From: a phage
Direction: 5' to 3' (one strand)
DNA length: 64,000 nt
Sequence record: PZ445524.1
Within the stretch, counting starts at the first letter, position 1, and the number at the start of each line of letters is the position of its first letter. A model generated the notes under the pieces. The model worked only from the letters and a program-made list of their open reading frames with translations. It was not told the origin of the DNA and ran no database searches. The position numbers and the translations under genes were made by a program. Of this stretch, positions 61,974-64,000 are shown piece after piece.

Positions 61974-63147
61974 TAAATTCTTCCATATCACTTAACTGTT
62001 CAAGGTCAGTTTCTAAATCAGCTGCTGATTTACTTTTACTTTCTGGAGATTTAAATTTTTCAACCTTTGAGTTAATCAATTCATCAACTTCAGCTTCAAC
62101 AATTTCATTACTATCAATAGCACCTAACTGATAAGCACGTTTAATAGCATCTCGGAATGGTTGATGCTTAAATAAAGGACCCCAGAATGTAGTACAGTTA
62201 GTATCTTTTGCACGCCAAGATTTTTCTTCGCGAATCATCTCGCCGGTTTCTTCGTCAAGAAATTCACGAGCATACCAGCCATTTTTTGGTTTTACTACAA
62301 ATCCTAATTCTAGAGCCATATCTAACAATCCAGAATAAGGATCGATACCACCGTCAAATTTAACATCAATAAAGAATTTACTTTTTTCTTTAACGGTACG
62401 AGATTTTTCTACATTTAGAACAAATTGATACCCCTGAAGATCAGAACCATCTTTAATCTGACGCTTACCGATAATGAATACAGTATCAGCCGAATACATT
62501 ACGCCTGTACCACCTGTCATCACGGTTTTACTAAACATTTCAATTGTTTCAATTGTATGGTTAACCGCAACACATGGAATATTTTTAATGCTAAAATAAG
62601 GAGTAACAATACGGAATAATGACTTCAGTGATTTAGCACGAGTCATATCTGCCACAGATTTTTCATTCAAGGCATCTTCCGTTTCTTTCTTAGAAGCCAT
62701 ATTACCGATTGAGTCGATGAATACAATAACCTTTTCACCACGCTCAATAGCTTCAAGCTGGTTCACCATATCAATTTTCAGCTGTTCAACTGACTGAATT
62801 GGCGTATGAATTACTCGTTCCGGGTCAACTCCCATGGATCGCAAATAAGCTGGAGTAATACCAAATTCGCTATCATAGAATAAACAAACCGCGTCAGGAT
62901 ATTTGTTCAAATACGCTGCAACCATAGTCAAAGACATATTTGATTTAAAGTGTTTAGAAGGCCCTGCGAAAATAGTTAAACCAGACTGCATACCGCCATC
63001 AATCGCACCAGAAATAGCAATATTAAGCATTGGGATTTTTGTGCGAATTACATCCTTTTCATTAAAGAATTTAGATGTAGTCAGTTCAGCAGTCATTTTA
63101 GAAGTGGAAGCTTTAATCAAACGGGATTTTAAATCTGCAATAGACAT
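61966..63147 (-). CDS. uvsX: UvsX recombinase (RecA/Rad51 family)
   Basis: 393 aa; Walker A GPSKHFKS; acidic C-terminal tail. Confidence 0.93.
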   Translation of the reverse strand: MSIADLKSRLIKASTSKMTAELTTSKFFNEKDVIRTKIPMLNIAISGAIDGGMQSGLTIFAGPSKHFKSNMSLTMVAAYLNKYPDAVCLFYDSEFGITPAYLRSMGVDPERVIHTPIQSVEQLKIDMVNQLEAIERGEKVIVFIDSIGNMASKKETEDALNEKSVADMTRAKSLKSLFRIVTPYFSIKNIPCVAVNHTIETIEMFSKTVMTGGTGVMYSADTVFIIGKRQIKDGSDLQGYQFVLNVEKSRTVKEKSKFFIDVKFDGGIDPYSGLLDMALELGFVVKPKNGWYAREFLDEETGEMIREEKSWRAKDTNCTTFWGPLFKHQPFRDAIKRAYQLGAIDSNEIVEAEVDELINSKVEKFKSPESKSKSAADLETDLEQLSDMEEFNE

Positions 63148-63454
63148 TCATTTTTTCCATAGGCATCATTATATTTTTCTCGCGGTTTATAATAAAGGGT
63201 TTATACTTAGAGTTTAACTACATTAAAACTTATTTAAGATAGAATAATTTTATCACTCAATCTTTTAGCATTATCGCTTGAAGTCTCAGTTAACTGAGCA
63301 TTTGGCTATTCGATGAACTTCTCTCTTTTCTAATCAATATAACAAAAGAAGTCCCAAAAAGCAAACAGACCTAAACCGATAATAAGCAATAAAGGTCCTA
63401 ACATTTATTCCACCGGTTAAAGATAAATAACTTTCTAATAATAGTTCATAATTT

Positions 63455-64000
63455 TTATAAATCAATAGCTTTTTTGAACGCATCTTGCCATTCGGCTTTC
63501 TTTTCACGGGTTTTATTTAAAATATCATGTTGAATAGAAAGCATCTCTTTACGTAAAACATCACTGTGTTTTAACTCATTGACTCTATCAATGAGTTCAG
63601 CACGATTATTTACATAAAAACGAGCATCATTAATAATTCGATGTTTGGTATCAAATTCTTCGTCAATTAGCATCACTGCATCAGATGCCATTGTTTCCCA
63701 GACGCGTAAGGTAATAAAGTTGTCATTATAATTCTTGTCACCAATAATTAATGCAGCAATAGCTTGACTATTCTTTTCAGATACCATGTTCATAGGAATT
63801 TTTCCAGTGAACACCGGAGCTTTGGTCCAAGGATATTTAGGATTTTTAAACTGTTTTTCTCGTGCATTGCCAAAAAACTCAATATTTAAACCGGTGTCAA
63901 ATAAGAATTCTACCATCTTGGATTCGCGTTGACCGGACCGAAATGAACCGCCATAAATAACATCCAAAGTTTTCTTGGTAGGCTTAGATAATTGAAAATC
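63455..64000 (-). CDS. bgt: DNA beta-glucosyltransferase, C-terminal part (5' end beyond window)
   Basis: Open frame reaches the window edge; stop at 63455; recognised from recalled T4 beta-gt C-terminus and position upstream of uvsX. Confidence 0.65.
   Translation of the reverse strand, partial: DFQLSKPTKKTLDVIYGGSFRSGQRESKMVEFLFDTGLNIEFFGNAREKQFKNPKYPWTKAPVFTGKIPMNMVSEKNSQAIAALIIGDKNYNDNFITLRVWETMASDAVMLIDEEFDTKHRIINDARFYVNNRAELIDRVNELKHSDVLRKEMLSIQHDILNKTREKKAEWQDAFKKAIDL

Noticed and set aside
63320-63394. 24-aa hydrophobic ORF and MotA-box-like TTTGCTTTT upstream of uvsX
   Set aside because: Too short to call from sequence alone; the promoter-like motif lies inside the putative ORF; left as unverified

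Overview
This window is a contiguous stretch of a T-even (T4-like, Tequatrovirus-type) coliphage genome, running from the cd/pseT region through nrdB-nrdA-td-frd, genes 32-59-33-dsbA-rnh, the long tail fibre genes 34-38 on the + strand, t/asiA/motA/52, ndd/denB, rIIB/rIIA, 60/mobA/39, dexA/dda, modA/modB, soc, 56, 61, 41, 40, uvsX and the 3' part of beta-glucosyltransferase. Almost all early and middle genes are on the - strand and densely packed, often with ATGA or TAATG stop-start overlaps; only the tail fibre/holin block and one small ORF are on the + strand. Gene identities rest on protein motifs and sizes read from the ORF translations plus recalled T4 gene order; no database search was run. 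The ORF track uses TTG/GTG as well as ATG starts, so several starts were re-assigned to an internal ATG with a Shine-Dalgarno. I found two group I introns with homing endonucleases (nrdB with a full-length HNH I-TevIII-type ORF, td with GIY-YIG I-TevI) and the gene 60 50-nt translational bypass element. The strongest candidates for undescribed or atypical content are a divergent Dam-family methyltransferase between nrdA and nrdB (with no dam between 56 and 61), an unassigned 119-aa ORF between frd and td, an HNH endonuclease overlapping the end of gene 56, and a + strand membrane-peptide ORF wedged between genes 61 and 56. The tail fibre tip is T2-type: gp37 carries a C-terminal S74-like intramolecular chaperone domain and gp38 is a glycine-rich adhesin. 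No tRNA, rRNA, CRISPR array or bacterial-type defence island was seen.
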